A program made the translations under genes and the position numbers. A stretch of DNA of 64,000 bases from Acidobacteriota bacterium (lineage in GTDB: Bacteria > Acidobacteriota > G020349885): positions 2,284,432 through 2,348,431 of the forward strand of contig CP070701.1 of NCBI GenBank assembly GCA_020349885.1. Reading direction: 5' to 3'. Below the pieces are notes generated by a model. That model was not told the origin of the DNA. It saw only the letters and a program-made list of their open reading frames with translations, and did no database searches. How positions within the stretch are numbered: the stretch's first letter is position 1; each line of letters opens with the position of its first letter. Below are positions 36,611-46,546 of this stretch, in pieces.

Positions 36611-38854
36611 TCAACCGGGCGGCGTCCCGGCGTACTTATCCATCAGGGCAAGAGCCTGCTTGTTCTCCGGGTCCTGGGAGAGGACTTTTTTGCAATAGAC
36701 GATCCCGCGCTCCCGCCTGCCCTCCCGGAACAGGATTTCCGCCAAGCCGAGAATCGACTCGGCGTGGTCGGGGTTTATTTCCAGCGCCTTCAGAAGATAA
36801 TCGATTCCCTCGTCCACCTTGCCCAGGTTTATGTGGCACTGCCCGAGGTTCGAGTACGTCTGCGCGGTGGGGTCGAATTCGCGGTGGATTTCCTCGATCA
36901 GTGCGATCGCGCGCTCGTAGTGCCCCTGCTCGGCGAGAACGTTGCTCAGGTTGACCTTGGCGCCGCGGTGGCGGGGATCCCGACGAAGCGCCTCCTCGTA
37001 CATGGCCCGCGCCTCGTCCAGGCGCTCGAGGCGCCGGTATAGATTCCCGAGGCCGTAGGGGAGGAAAGCCGCATGGGGGTATTTCTCAATGCCCAGCTTG
37101 TAGTCCGCCTCGGCCCGCTCGTAATCTTCCAGCAGCCGGTAGAACCGCGCGCGATTGTTGAGTTCCTCGGGAAGCAGCGTTCCCGTGAGTCTCTCGTTAA
37201 TCGCGAACGAATCGGCGGCCTTGCGAAGGGCTTCCTTACGCGCTTCCTCGTTGCCCTGCTGTTCCTCCCAAGCGGCCAGCACATGGTAGTAGCTCCATGT
37301 ATGGGAGGGCTCGATGTCGGCGATTTTGCGCCGAAGACGAATCTCTTCCCGAAGCTTCTCTGTTTTTTTGTAAAGTTTTGCGAGGCGGGCGAGCACTCCC
37401 AGGTTTTCCGGATCGATGGCGAGAATTTCGCGGCAAAGACGTATGCCCTCATCAAAATTTCCGGCGTTGGCGGCGCGGCTCGCTCTCAGGTTCAACTCGA
37501 TGACCGGGACGCGATCTTTGACGTCGGGAAGTATTTTTGCCATCTTGAGAGCGTCGGGCTCTTCCAGTGTTGCGGCCCCTCCCGTAAGGTAGCCCAGGCT
37601 TTGAAGTTTTTCCAGGTGATCCTGGGTAAGCTCGGCTTTGGTCTCCGAGGCTTTCGGGTAGCGTCGCCGAAGACTGAGCAAGGCGCTCCTCATCTCCAGG
37701 GCCCGCTCCGAATCCCGGGCGGTTCGATTGTCGAGCTCCTCCGGATCCTCGCCCGTCCGGTAAAGCTCCGGCCTCGGCGCAAGGATGTATTTCCACGGCC
37801 CGCGAACGAGGGCCTCCGAGGGCGCCCAGCGGTAATCGTAGTAGGGGGTATACGCTTCCATGTACACGTCATGCGCATACGCGGCTCCGTTTTCCCAAAG
37901 CGGCCGCAGGCTCTTCCCTTGAAATTCGGAGGGAATGTCCAAGCCGAGGAGGTCGAGCACCGTGGGGGCCACATCCACCTGAGAGGCGGGTGCTTCATGG
38001 CGCATTCCCCTTGTGGAAATTCCCTGTCCGTAAAAGATTAGAGGAACCCGTACCGTGGCCTCGTAGAGAAAGAAGCTGTGCGTGGGCTCGCCGTGCTCGC
38101 CAAGGGCCTCGCCATGGTCCGCGACGAATACGACGAGCGTGTCGTCCATCGCATTCTTTTCCTCCAGATGTTCCAGAAGCACGCCGATCTGGCTGTCGGT
38201 ATAAGCGATTTCCCCGTCGTAGGCGCTCCCTTCGTACCGGCTGCGGAACGGCTCCGGAGGTTCGTAGGGATTGTGAGGGTCGAAATAGTGTACCCAGAGA
38301 AACCAGGGCGGCCCGCCTTCCAGCCGGCTTCTATCGAACCATTCGACGGCGAGGCGGGTGACCTCCGAGGCGGCGCGGTCGTTGATGCGCAGTTGGAAGA
38401 AATCGGTCTTTTCCTTGGGGTAATCTTCCACGGAATCGTAGTAGGAAAATCCCTGATCCAGGCCGAACATCGAGTGGAGGACGAACGAGCCGATGACGGC
38501 GCCCGTTTCGTAGCCTTGCTGTCTCAGGATTTCGGCGAGGGTCGGATGCGCGTCGTCGAGCACGTGAAGGCCGTTCATGCGCGCGCCGTGCGAGAAGGGG
38601 TACTTGGACGTAAAAAGCGAGGCGTGGGTCGGAAAGGTGATGGGGGCCGTGGCGTAGAGACCGGGGAAATACACGCCTTCATGGGCCAGGCGGTCGATGG
38701 CCGGCGTCTCGATGTCCGCGTAGCCGGCGCAGCCGAGCCGGTCGGCGCGCAGTGTGTCCACCGTAATGAAAAGGAGATTGGGGCGCGTGCTTTGGCCGCA
38801 GCCTAGGACTCCTAAAGAAAAGAGCAACGTTAGAAAAAGTCTTTTTCCGAACAT
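36611..38854 (-). CDS. Secreted sulfatase-family (alkaline-phosphatase superfamily) enzyme fused to C-terminal TPR repeats
   Basis: Signal peptide. PNLLFITVDTLRADRLGCAGY (the Cys/Ser-FGly-type motif region), GLYATAPITFPTHASLFTSKYPFSHG. About 300 C-terminal residues of TPR helices. Confidence 0.75.
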   Translation of the reverse strand: MFGKRLFLTLLFSLGVLGCGQSTRPNLLFITVDTLRADRLGCAGYADIETPAIDRLAHEGVYFPGLYATAPITFPTHASLFTSKYPFSHGARMNGLHVLDDAHPTLAEILRQQGYETGAVIGSFVLHSMFGLDQGFSYYDSVEDYPKEKTDFFQLRINDRAASEVTRLAVEWFDRSRLEGGPPWFLWVHYFDPHNPYEPPEPFRSRYEGSAYDGEIAYTDSQIGVLLEHLEEKNAMDDTLVVFVADHGEALGEHGEPTHSFFLYEATVRVPLIFYGQGISTRGMRHEAPASQVDVAPTVLDLLGLDIPSEFQGKSLRPLWENGAAYAHDVYMEAYTPYYDYRWAPSEALVRGPWKYILAPRPELYRTGEDPEELDNRTARDSERALEMRSALLSLRRRYPKASETKAELTQDHLEKLQSLGYLTGGAATLEEPDALKMAKILPDVKDRVPVIELNLRASRAANAGNFDEGIRLCREILAIDPENLGVLARLAKLYKKTEKLREEIRLRRKIADIEPSHTWSYYHVLAAWEEQQGNEEARKEALRKAADSFAINERLTGTLLPEELNNRARFYRLLEDYERAEADYKLGIEKYPHAAFLPYGLGNLYRRLERLDEARAMYEEALRRDPRHRGAKVNLSNVLAEQGHYERAIALIEEIHREFDPTAQTYSNLGQCHINLGKVDEGIDYLLKALEINPDHAESILGLAEILFREGRRERGIVYCKKVLSQDPENKQALALMDKYAGTPPG

Positions 38855-38918
38855 GGGCTTAATCGAACAGCCGTTTTTCAGCAGCCGGTTTTATGGAATT
38901 ATAAACGCTCGCGCGCTT

Positions 38919-38950
38919 AAAAAGAAGGGGCGCTCCAAAGGGAGCGCCCC
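38919..38950 (-). terminator. Rho-independent terminator downstream of the OMP gene
   Basis: Minus strand: GGGGCGCTCC-cttt-GGAGCGCCCC followed by TTCTTTTT. Perfect 10-bp GC stem. Confidence 0.7.
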
Positions 38951-38977
38951 AGCGATTCTGAATGGAAAGTGTCGTTA

Positions 38978-39946
38978 TTATTCTCTCCCGAACAGCCAGC
39001 GGAAGCGCAGGTTGAGGCCGTGGAACGTCACGTTGTCGCGGATCGGAAAACTCATTTCATCGTCAATGTCGTCGCCGTTTCCGAGTCTGTTGGTAACGAG
39101 ATCTTCCCACGAGCTGAAGGTGTAGAGGAGGGCCAGGTCCAGACCGCCCCACACGTTGACATTCACACCGGCATTCAGGTCGGTGATCAACCCTGCCGCA
39201 CTGTCGTCTGTGTGGGAGATGTTGTCCGTGTCGTCGCCCCAGCAGCACCATTCGTTGTATTCCGTGCCTTTGGTTTCGCTGTCACCGAAGACGTAGCTGA
39301 GGGAGGCGTTGCCTACGACCGACCAGCGCTCGGCAAAGTGGTGCGCGCCGCCGATTCCCACGGTCGGCCCGATGCCGCTCGCGTCGATCGTGCGCAGGTC
39401 GTAGCCCCATTCATAGGGAGAACCAAGATCATCTAACCAGTCCAGTCTCACCGTTTCTTCGAAGTCCACGTAGCGAAGGCCGACTTTCCACGTGAGCGTC
39501 CAGGGATTGTCGAAGTCGCGGTCCTTCTCGAAGGCTATCTCAATCGAGGTCGCGTCAATCTCGCTCGCGCCTTGAAGATAATAACCGCTGTTGACATACG
39601 TCCCGAAGAAGCTGTCGTCCAAGTACTGGCTGGAGTCCAGGTAGCGGCGTTCCACTTCGTCGTCGCTGTAGTCCCAGTAGGTGAGGCTCAGGCGGCCTTT
39701 TTCGGCCCAGCTGTAGCCGCCGCCGAGGCGGAACGACAAGTCGCTCCCGTAGTCCAGCTGCCACTTGTTATAGGTATCTGCACTACCACTCTCGTCTTCA
39801 ATCACCCCTATGCTGTGGTCGATGTTCGTCGGCCCGAGCATCTGTATGTCGCCCGTGACGAAGAACCCTTCGGCGTCGTACGCGAACAGGGGCGCCGCCA
39901 GAAACAGCGCAAACGCCGCGACAGTTAACGCGATTGTTTTCTGCAT
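38978..39946 (-). CDS. Putative outer-membrane beta-barrel protein (porin-like)
   Basis: Start at the ATG preceded by a perfect SD (AAGGAGAAAGAC). Signal peptide MQKTIALTVAAFALFLAAPLFA. Alternating amphipathic Gly/Tyr/Asp-rich beta-strand composition. C-terminus ...LRFRWLFGRE. Confidence 0.5.
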   Translation of the reverse strand: MQKTIALTVAAFALFLAAPLFAYDAEGFFVTGDIQMLGPTNIDHSIGVIEDESGSADTYNKWQLDYGSDLSFRLGGGYSWAEKGRLSLTYWDYSDDEVERRYLDSSQYLDDSFFGTYVNSGYYLQGASEIDATSIEIAFEKDRDFDNPWTLTWKVGLRYVDFEETVRLDWLDDLGSPYEWGYDLRTIDASGIGPTVGIGGAHHFAERWSVVGNASLSYVFGDSETKGTEYNEWCCWGDDTDNISHTDDSAAGLITDLNAGVNVNVWGGLDLALLYTFSSWEDLVTNRLGNGDDIDDEMSFPIRDNVTFHGLNLRFRWLFGRE

Positions 39947-40166
39947 TTGTCTTTCTCCTTTGGTTGTTGTTTTTTCGCCTCCCCCCTTTCGGGACAGGAT
40001 AACCCACGTTTTCCCGCCCAAAAGAGAGGGTACTCTATCACAGGTAAACGGGGAAAGTCAAGTCGAACGACAGCTTGAATTTTTGCCCCGCCGTGCCGCG
40101 CCGTGTATAATGCCTGCCGGGTGGGTTTAACGTTGGAGTCCGGCAGGCAATGCGAGTTCATTCGGC

Positions 40167-43100
40167 ATGGTTGACCTGAAGAGCCTTCTTTTCTCGACGC
40201 CCGAGAAGCGCGTCACGAGCATTTACGAGTACATCGCGCAGCGCAAGTTCGACCGCGCGCGCACGCTCGTGAGAAACGGCCTCAAGAGCGATCCGAACTA
40301 CGCGCCCTACCACATCGCGCTCGTTGAGCTGGAGGTGCTCGGAGGCCGGATGAAGGAGGCGCGCCCCGCCATCGAGCGCCTCTTCAAGCTGGGCTCCCAG
40401 CACGTCGAGGAGCTTATGCTGCGCCTCGAGGACCTGCGCTCGCAGGTCAGCAACCTCTACGAGTGCTGGGACGCGCTCGCGGGCTGCGAAATCCGGCAGA
40501 AGAACCTCGAAGGCGCCGCCGGCTACATCAAGCGCCTCGCGCAGGCCGAGGCCGAAAAGCTCCTTCAGCGCTATCGCTCGCAGTGCGAGAAGCTCCTCAA
40601 GGGGCCGCGCGAGAGCCTGCCGCCCAACGCCCTCAATTTCTACAAGGCGGCGCTTCTTTCGGAGCACCTCAACCGCCACAGGGATGCGGTCGAGGCTTAC
40701 GGCGTGGTGGCCCAGGTTCTGCCCTCGGACGTTGAAAAAATCGCCAAGCACCTTCAGGCCCTTATTTCCCACAACCCGAGGCTGCGCGGGCTTCGGCTCT
40801 CGCTGGGGGATTTCTGGCGGACGTCGGGCCGCATGAAGCAGGCGCTCGAGGAATACCGCCTGCTGCTGCGCGGCGACGCCTCGGCCGCGCCGCAGGTTCT
40901 GGAGCGCGCCAAGGCCGCCGCGTCGCAGAGTCCCGAAGACCCTCTGCCCAAGATACTTCTCTTTCAGGCGCACATCGCGCAGCGCAACGTCGGGGACGCC
41001 CTTTCGGCGCTCGATTCGTACGCGGCCTCCGGCGACCAGGAGCGCCGGGAAGCCGTCGCTCACCTGAACGCCCTTCGAGAGCAGCTTCCCAACGAGCCGC
41101 ACGTGTTTCTTCTGCTGGGGCGGCTCTACGCGGAGGGAGGGGACGTCGAGCGCGGCGTCCAGGCCCTGGGGACGGCAAGGCAGGAGGGCGCCCAGAGCGA
41201 TGAGCTGGTGCCGGTCCTGGAGGCCGTGCTCGCCCGCGAGCCGAAGAACGCACGCGCGAACGAGCTTCTCGGAGAGGCGTATTTCGCGGTGAAGCGCTAC
41301 GACCTGGCGGCCAAGCATTTCCGCCTCCTTGCCCGCGCCGAGGGAAAGCGCTTCACGCTTCTGGGCAAGGCGGCGGCCATGGTCGAGGTGGATATGGCGA
41401 ACGCCGAGTGCCTGCTGCTTCTCGCCGAGCTCGCCAAGGGCGAAGGGCAGGTCGGGCGCATGGGCGTGGCGCTTCGCGCGCTTCTCCGCGCGACGCCCGA
41501 GCGCGCCTCCGAGGCGCTCGCCGTCGCCATGCCTCCGGGGGGCCATCCGCAGGCGTACCTGGCTGCCGTCGAGTGCGCCGTCGCGGCCGGAGACGTTCCC
41601 CATGCGCTCCAGTATCTGAGCGGATTCTTTTCGGCCTATCCCGGGGACGCGGCCCGCGGGCTTTCCGCGGCGCTCGAGCTCGCGGAAAAGGAGCCTCAAA
41701 CCGCGCCGAAGATTTTGGAGCTCTTGAAGCGCCTCGAGTCCTCGGCGGCGGTGAGCTTCGCCGCGGGCGAGGTGGCGCGCGCGGGGAAGCTGCTCGACGA
41801 GGCGTTCGCGCACTACAAGGGCGTGCTCACGCAGGCGCCCGACAAGACTCCCGTCGTCCAGCAGGCGATGGAGGCGCTTCTTCGAGAGAATCCCGAGCGC
41901 GAGGCGCTTCGGCTCGACCTGGTGGACGTCTATTTCTCCCTCAAGCTCTACGACAAGATTCGCCCCGAGCTCGACCGCCTCATGGAGACCGCGCCGCAGG
42001 AGATGCCGCGCATCGTGGAAAAATACAAGGCCCTGCGCATGCATCTTCCCAAGGACCCGGCGCTCGCCTTGGGACTCATGCGCGCCCACCTCAAGGCCCG
42101 CACGCCCAAGGCCGCCGTGAAGCTCGCCTCCGAGGCCATCCCGCTCGCGAAGGAAGATCCCGTCGCCCTCGCCGAGATCAATCTGTATTTGGGCGACGCC
42201 TTCCGCGACAGCAAGGACCTCGACAAGGCCGTTGCGCGCTACGGCCAGGCGGCCGAGCAGGCGCGCAACCTCCTTCCGGAAGTGCGGAAGCGGCTGGAGG
42301 CGATGCACACCGCGCGCCCCGACCACGTCGCGACCCTGATGTGGCTCGGGCGGCTCTACGCCACCGAGACCCAGTGGGACAAGGGACTCGAGGCCTACCG
42401 CGCCGCGCTCGAGGCGGACGCCTCGCAGGGCAAGGCGATTCTTGCCGAGCTCGAGTCCCGCTGTGCGGGCTACGCGCCCGCGCGTCTTTTGGAGGCGCGG
42501 ATTCACGCGGCGTCGGGCGGAGCGGTGCGGGCCGCCGAGTTGCTGGGCGGCATCCCGGCCTCAGAGAAGACCGTTCTCGAGGCGGCGCTTCCGCAGGCCG
42601 CGGCGCTTCTCAAGGAGGCGCCCAAGTCGGCCGAGGCGCATGCGGCGCACGGAAAAATTCTCGCCCGCCTGGAGCGCTTTCAGGAGGCGGCGCGGAGCCT
42701 GACGCAGGCGCTTGCGCTCGACGCGAAGGCGGCGCCGGCCGTTCTGGGCACCGCGAGCGAGATGATGCGAAAAAACCCCGAAACCACCGCACCGCACCGC
42801 GTGGCCATGCGGGCCCACGTCGCTCAAGGAAAGCCCAGGGCGGCCGTCGAGGCGCTCGGACAACTCAAAAAAGCGCCCCCGGAGGGGGAGCGCGGGGCGC
42901 TCCAGAAGGAGATCGAGGAGCTGGGCGCCACCGTGGAGCACGACGGCGCGCTCACGGGCGCGCTCGCGCACGAGACGCTCCGCCTCGGGTTCCGAGAGCA
43001 GGGCTTCAAGGGCTTGGGTCGGGCACTCGCGCTCGGAGGCGCGAACCTCAACTTGGCGCTCGAAGACCTGGATTTGCTTCTTCGGGAGCAGCCGCAGAAC

Positions 43101-43940
43101 GCCTCCGTTCAGCTCATGCGCGCGAGCGTGCGCGCCGCCGCCGAGCGCTGGGCCGACGCGGTCGCCGATGTGCGCGCCGCCGTCCGGACTGCCCCCGCGC
43201 TGCGCGAGGAGGCGCTCCCCCTGCTCGAGGGGCTGCGCAAGCAGAGCCGCCGCTTCGACGCCCTGGACCTGGAAGTGGACACCCTGATGGCGCTCGGCCG
43301 CTGGAAGCGCGCGTTCCAGGTGCTCTCCTCGGAGAACGTCGAGCGGTTCACGCCCGGGGAGGCGGCGCAGATTTTCATGCGGCGCGGCATGGTGCTCGAG
43401 CAGCTCGGCGAGCGCGACGGCGCGAGGGAGGCGTTCGCGAAAGCCTACGAATTTTCGGAGAACGAGGAGGCGATGCTCGTGACGCTCCACGACTTCGCCG
43501 CCGCCTTCGTCTCGGAGCGCCTGGAGAGCCTGCGGTCCGGGGGAAAGCTTAAAAATTTCTCGCCCCAGGAAATCGAGATCCTGCGGCGGCATGCGACGCC
43601 CGGGCTTCTGGCCCGCCTCGGAGCGGGCGACGGGAAGGAGGCGGCCCGCGTCAAGAGCCTTTGCTACGTATGGCAGGGCAACGTCGAGGCGGCGATGGCG
43701 CTCGACGAGCAGTCGGGCGACCGCGGCGATGCCGCGCACCGGGCGATGCTCGCCGGCGACTGGGCGAGGGCGGCCGCGCACCTCGAGGCGCTCGCGCGCG
43801 AGACCAAAACAGCCGGCGTTCAGAAGGCCCTCGCGCACGCATACGAGCGGCTCGTGGCCGAGTCGCTTGCGCGAAAACCGAAAATCCTCTGTGGAATTTC
43901 TTCCCTTTCGAGGCGGACGCAGCAGAAGGGCGGCGCCTGA
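40167..43940 (+). CDS. Very large (1257 aa) all-TPR repeat protein
   Basis: More than 25 TPR-like helix pairs across the whole length. No enzymatic motif. Confidence 0.6.
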   Translation: MVDLKSLLFSTPEKRVTSIYEYIAQRKFDRARTLVRNGLKSDPNYAPYHIALVELEVLGGRMKEARPAIERLFKLGSQHVEELMLRLEDLRSQVSNLYECWDALAGCEIRQKNLEGAAGYIKRLAQAEAEKLLQRYRSQCEKLLKGPRESLPPNALNFYKAALLSEHLNRHRDAVEAYGVVAQVLPSDVEKIAKHLQALISHNPRLRGLRLSLGDFWRTSGRMKQALEEYRLLLRGDASAAPQVLERAKAAASQSPEDPLPKILLFQAHIAQRNVGDALSALDSYAASGDQERREAVAHLNALREQLPNEPHVFLLLGRLYAEGGDVERGVQALGTARQEGAQSDELVPVLEAVLAREPKNARANELLGEAYFAVKRYDLAAKHFRLLARAEGKRFTLLGKAAAMVEVDMANAECLLLLAELAKGEGQVGRMGVALRALLRATPERASEALAVAMPPGGHPQAYLAAVECAVAAGDVPHALQYLSGFFSAYPGDAARGLSAALELAEKEPQTAPKILELLKRLESSAAVSFAAGEVARAGKLLDEAFAHYKGVLTQAPDKTPVVQQAMEALLRENPEREALRLDLVDVYFSLKLYDKIRPELDRLMETAPQEMPRIVEKYKALRMHLPKDPALALGLMRAHLKARTPKAAVKLASEAIPLAKEDPVALAEINLYLGDAFRDSKDLDKAVARYGQAAEQARNLLPEVRKRLEAMHTARPDHVATLMWLGRLYATETQWDKGLEAYRAALEADASQGKAILAELESRCAGYAPARLLEARIHAASGGAVRAAELLGGIPASEKTVLEAALPQAAALLKEAPKSAEAHAAHGKILARLERFQEAARSLTQALALDAKAAPAVLGTASEMMRKNPETTAPHRVAMRAHVAQGKPRAAVEALGQLKKAPPEGERGALQKEIEELGATVEHDGALTGALAHETLRLGFREQGFKGLGRALALGGANLNLALEDLDLLLREQPQNASVQLMRASVRAAAERWADAVADVRAAVRTAPALREEALPLLEGLRKQSRRFDALDLEVDTLMALGRWKRAFQVLSSENVERFTPGEAAQIFMRRGMVLEQLGERDGAREAFAKAYEFSENEEAMLVTLHDFAAAFVSERLESLRSGGKLKNFSPQEIEILRRHATPGLLARLGAGDGKEAARVKSLCYVWQGNVEAAMALDEQSGDRGDAAHRAMLAGDWARAAAHLEALARETKTAGVQKALAHAYERLVAESLARKPKILCGISSLSRRTQQKGGA

Positions 43941-43965
43941 GGATTCATTCTGTTAGAATAGAGAG

Positions 43966-45453
43966 ATGGCCGAAACCTCTGAAGACGTGGCGAAACAAAT
44001 CGAGGAACTGCTGAAGCTCTTCCACGACGAGGGCGGCGTGTTCGCCGCCCTTCGGGACATCAAGAGCGAGCTTTACAAGCTGAGCGAGCGCCCGGCCTCC
44101 GAGGAGAAGAGCTCGGCGGACCCGGAGCTCGTCCGGAAGCTCGACGAGCGGGTGGCTAACCTCGGCCCTCGGCTGGAGGAGATGCAGACGGCGCTCCGCT
44201 CGCTCGCCGAGGCCGGGGCGAAGGAGCGCTCCGCCCTTCAGGGGGAGATTGAAAAGCCGGTGCGCGCCCTCGAGCAGTCCCTCGCCGCGGCGCGCGAGGA
44301 ATTTTCGAAGTCCTTGAAGGAGGTCTCGGACGCGGCCGCCGCGCGGAGCTCCGACGCCGTCCTCGCGCTGGAGAAGAAGCTCAAGGAGAACGTCGCCTCC
44401 GAGGTTGGGAAGCTCGAAAAGACGCTTCTTGAAAAAACGGAAGCTACGGCCAAGCAGGCGGAAAGCCAGGCGAGCACCCTGGTCGAGCACGGCCAGACGC
44501 TGGGGCGCATCGCCGGGGCGCTCACGAGCCACGGCGACTCGCTCGACAAGCTCGCGACGTTCGTGCGGGGGCAGAGCGAAAACTCGGAGAAGCAGGCGGC
44601 GTCGGCGTTCGCGGACCTGCACAAGCAGCTGGGCACGCTGGAGGGCACGCTGCGCGCCCTCGACGAGGAGCGCAAAAAGAGCGTGCTCGCCCTCGAAGGG
44701 GCCCTGACGGGCGTCCGGAAGGCGCTCGAGGCGCGGAGCGAGGAGCAGGCGAAAAAATCGGCCGAGGCGCTTCGCCAGACGCAGGCCGCCCTCACCAAGG
44801 CGGTCGCGGACGGCGAGGAGCAGGCGGCCTCCCGCGCCGCCGCGTTTGACAAACGCCTCAAGGAGACGGCGGCCGAGACGCTCACGCTGAAGGCGCACCT
44901 TGAGACTTTCGCCGAGGGCCAGCGCGCCATGGCGAAGTACTTCGACGAGCGGCGCAAGCGCGACGAGGAGGCCAAGGCGCGCGAGCGCAAGGAGGAGGCG
45001 CGCGAGGCCAATAACCGCGGCGCGGCCCTCTACCACCGCGGCGCCTACGAGGCGGCGGTGCTCGAATTCCAGCGCGCGCTCGAAATCGATTCCAAGATGG
45101 CCGAGGCGCACAACAACCTCGGCCTCGCCTATTCGCAGCTCAAGAAGAACAAGGAGGCCGTCGAGGCATTCAAGAAGGCGCTCGCCCTGGACTCCGGCAT
45201 GGGCGAGGCCTACAACAACCTCGGCCTCCTCTACCACCTGGGTGCCGAGTACGGCAAGGCCGTCGAGATGTTCCAGGCGAGCCTCCAAAAAAACGCGAAT
45301 CCCTCTGTGGCCTACACGAACTTAGGCAATTCCTACTACGAGGCGAAAAAGTTCAAGGAGGCCGTCGCCGCGTGGCAGAAGGCCCTGGAGTTTAACCCCC
45401 TCAACAAGGACGCCAAGCGCGCCCTCGAGATGTTCCACAAGGAAACGTCTTAA
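43966..45453 (+). CDS. Coiled-coil protein with C-terminal TPR repeats
   Basis: About 330 aa of heptad-like Ala/Glu/Lys-rich sequence, then canonical TPRs (AEAHNNLGLAYSQLKKNKEAVEAFKKALALD...). Confidence 0.55.
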   Translation: MAETSEDVAKQIEELLKLFHDEGGVFAALRDIKSELYKLSERPASEEKSSADPELVRKLDERVANLGPRLEEMQTALRSLAEAGAKERSALQGEIEKPVRALEQSLAAAREEFSKSLKEVSDAAAARSSDAVLALEKKLKENVASEVGKLEKTLLEKTEATAKQAESQASTLVEHGQTLGRIAGALTSHGDSLDKLATFVRGQSENSEKQAASAFADLHKQLGTLEGTLRALDEERKKSVLALEGALTGVRKALEARSEEQAKKSAEALRQTQAALTKAVADGEEQAASRAAAFDKRLKETAAETLTLKAHLETFAEGQRAMAKYFDERRKRDEEAKARERKEEAREANNRGAALYHRGAYEAAVLEFQRALEIDSKMAEAHNNLGLAYSQLKKNKEAVEAFKKALALDSGMGEAYNNLGLLYHLGAEYGKAVEMFQASLQKNANPSVAYTNLGNSYYEAKKFKEAVAAWQKALEFNPLNKDAKRALEMFHKETS

Positions 45454-45465
45454 GCAGGTTTTCCC

Positions 45466-46059
45466 ATGGCCGTAAAGGAACTGTTTCGCCAGCTGGAGAT
45501 CGAGGCGCACCGCCCGCGCAAGGCGCGCGCACTCGACTCGTTTCTGCCCCGGCCCGAGGCGTGGCCCTCGCAGCTTCGCTCCGAGGAGGAGGTTGCCTAC
45601 AAGGTGACCGACGAGGACGTCGCGGGCCTCGAAACCGAGGGGAGCGTCTCGCTCGAGGAGCTTCTGGACAAGGAGATTCCCGAAGAGCAGCGCGCCGCCG
45701 CGGCCCAGGAGGCGCCCAAGAAGGAGCCGGCCGTGTCGGAAGAGGACCTGGACGGGCTCGAGCTGGGGGGAAGCGTCACGCTCGAAGAGCTCCTGGGCGA
45801 AAACATCCCCGGGAAGTCGCCCAAGAAGCCGCCCGCGAAGCCGCCTGCGAAATCACCCGCGCAAGCGAAGCGCACCGAGGACGTTCCCACCCGTCCTGCG
45901 GCGTCCCCGCCCCCCCCCCAAGCCTCCAAGAAATTTCCCACGCTGGAAATAAGCGGCGACCTTCTGGCGGGCTCGTCGAAAAAGGCACCAGACGACAACC
46001 TCTCGCTCGAAGACATCCTCGACGACCTGGTTCCCGACGAGCCGAAGAAGAAAAAGTAA
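45466..46059 (+). CDS. Acidic low-complexity protein with three copies of a roughly 22-aa internal motif (D..GLE..GSV.LEELL...IP)
   Basis: DVAGLETEGSVSLEELLDKEIP / DLDGLELGGSVTLEELLGENIP / DNLSLEDILDDLVP. Poly-Lys C-terminal tail. Confidence 0.4.
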   Translation: MAVKELFRQLEIEAHRPRKARALDSFLPRPEAWPSQLRSEEEVAYKVTDEDVAGLETEGSVSLEELLDKEIPEEQRAAAAQEAPKKEPAVSEEDLDGLELGGSVTLEELLGENIPGKSPKKPPAKPPAKSPAQAKRTEDVPTRPAASPPPPQASKKFPTLEISGDLLAGSSKKAPDDNLSLEDILDDLVPDEPKKKK

Positions 46060-46090
46060 CCTTCCTTCCGTGAGGGAACAGGGAGGGTGT

Positions 46091-46543
46091 TCACGCCGCC
46101 GCTCGCCGGCGCAGCCAGCACTTGAGCAGAAAAACCGCCAGCACGGCCAGGACGAGCCGCGGCGCGACGAGGTAAACCCAGTGGGCGCCCACCACGACGA
46201 AAAGGAGCGGGTCCTCGACCATGGCATGGCACAGGCAGAGAAATAAGCTCACGGTGGTGATTTCGCGGCGCGGAATCCGGTGCTCACGCGTGAGGGCCAC
46301 GAGGGCGCCCACGCCGTACACGATGCCGAAAGCGAGGCCCGCGAGGAGCACCGTCGCCGACGCAGGAGAAAATCCGAAGGGCGCGAATGCGCGGCTGAAC
46401 CGGCTCTCCCCCGACCGGAACACGGCGGCTCCCTTCGCGAATTCGAACGCCACCATCACCGGCACCAGGACCAGCGCCAGCTTGGCGCAGAGAAGCAGGG
46501 CGTTTCCGATCGCAAGAAGCAGAGCCAAACCCCACTCGGCCAC
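46091..46543 (-). CDS. Nucleoside-recognition (Gate) domain membrane protein, SpmB-like
   Basis: Small 4-TM protein adjacent to, and co-oriented with, a second Gate-like protein. Assigned by composition and pairing only. Confidence 0.4.
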   Translation of the reverse strand: MAEWGLALLLAIGNALLLCAKLALVLVPVMVAFEFAKGAAVFRSGESRFSRAFAPFGFSPASATVLLAGLAFGIVYGVGALVALTREHRIPRREITTVSLFLCLCHAMVEDPLLFVVVGAHWVYLVAPRLVLAVLAVFLLKCWLRRRAAA

Positions 46544-46546
46544 GGC

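Noticed and set aside
41408-43552. 714-aa alternate-frame ORF inside the TPR megaprotein gene
   Set aside because: Arg/Gly-rich artefact; the TPR frame is continuous with clear repeats.
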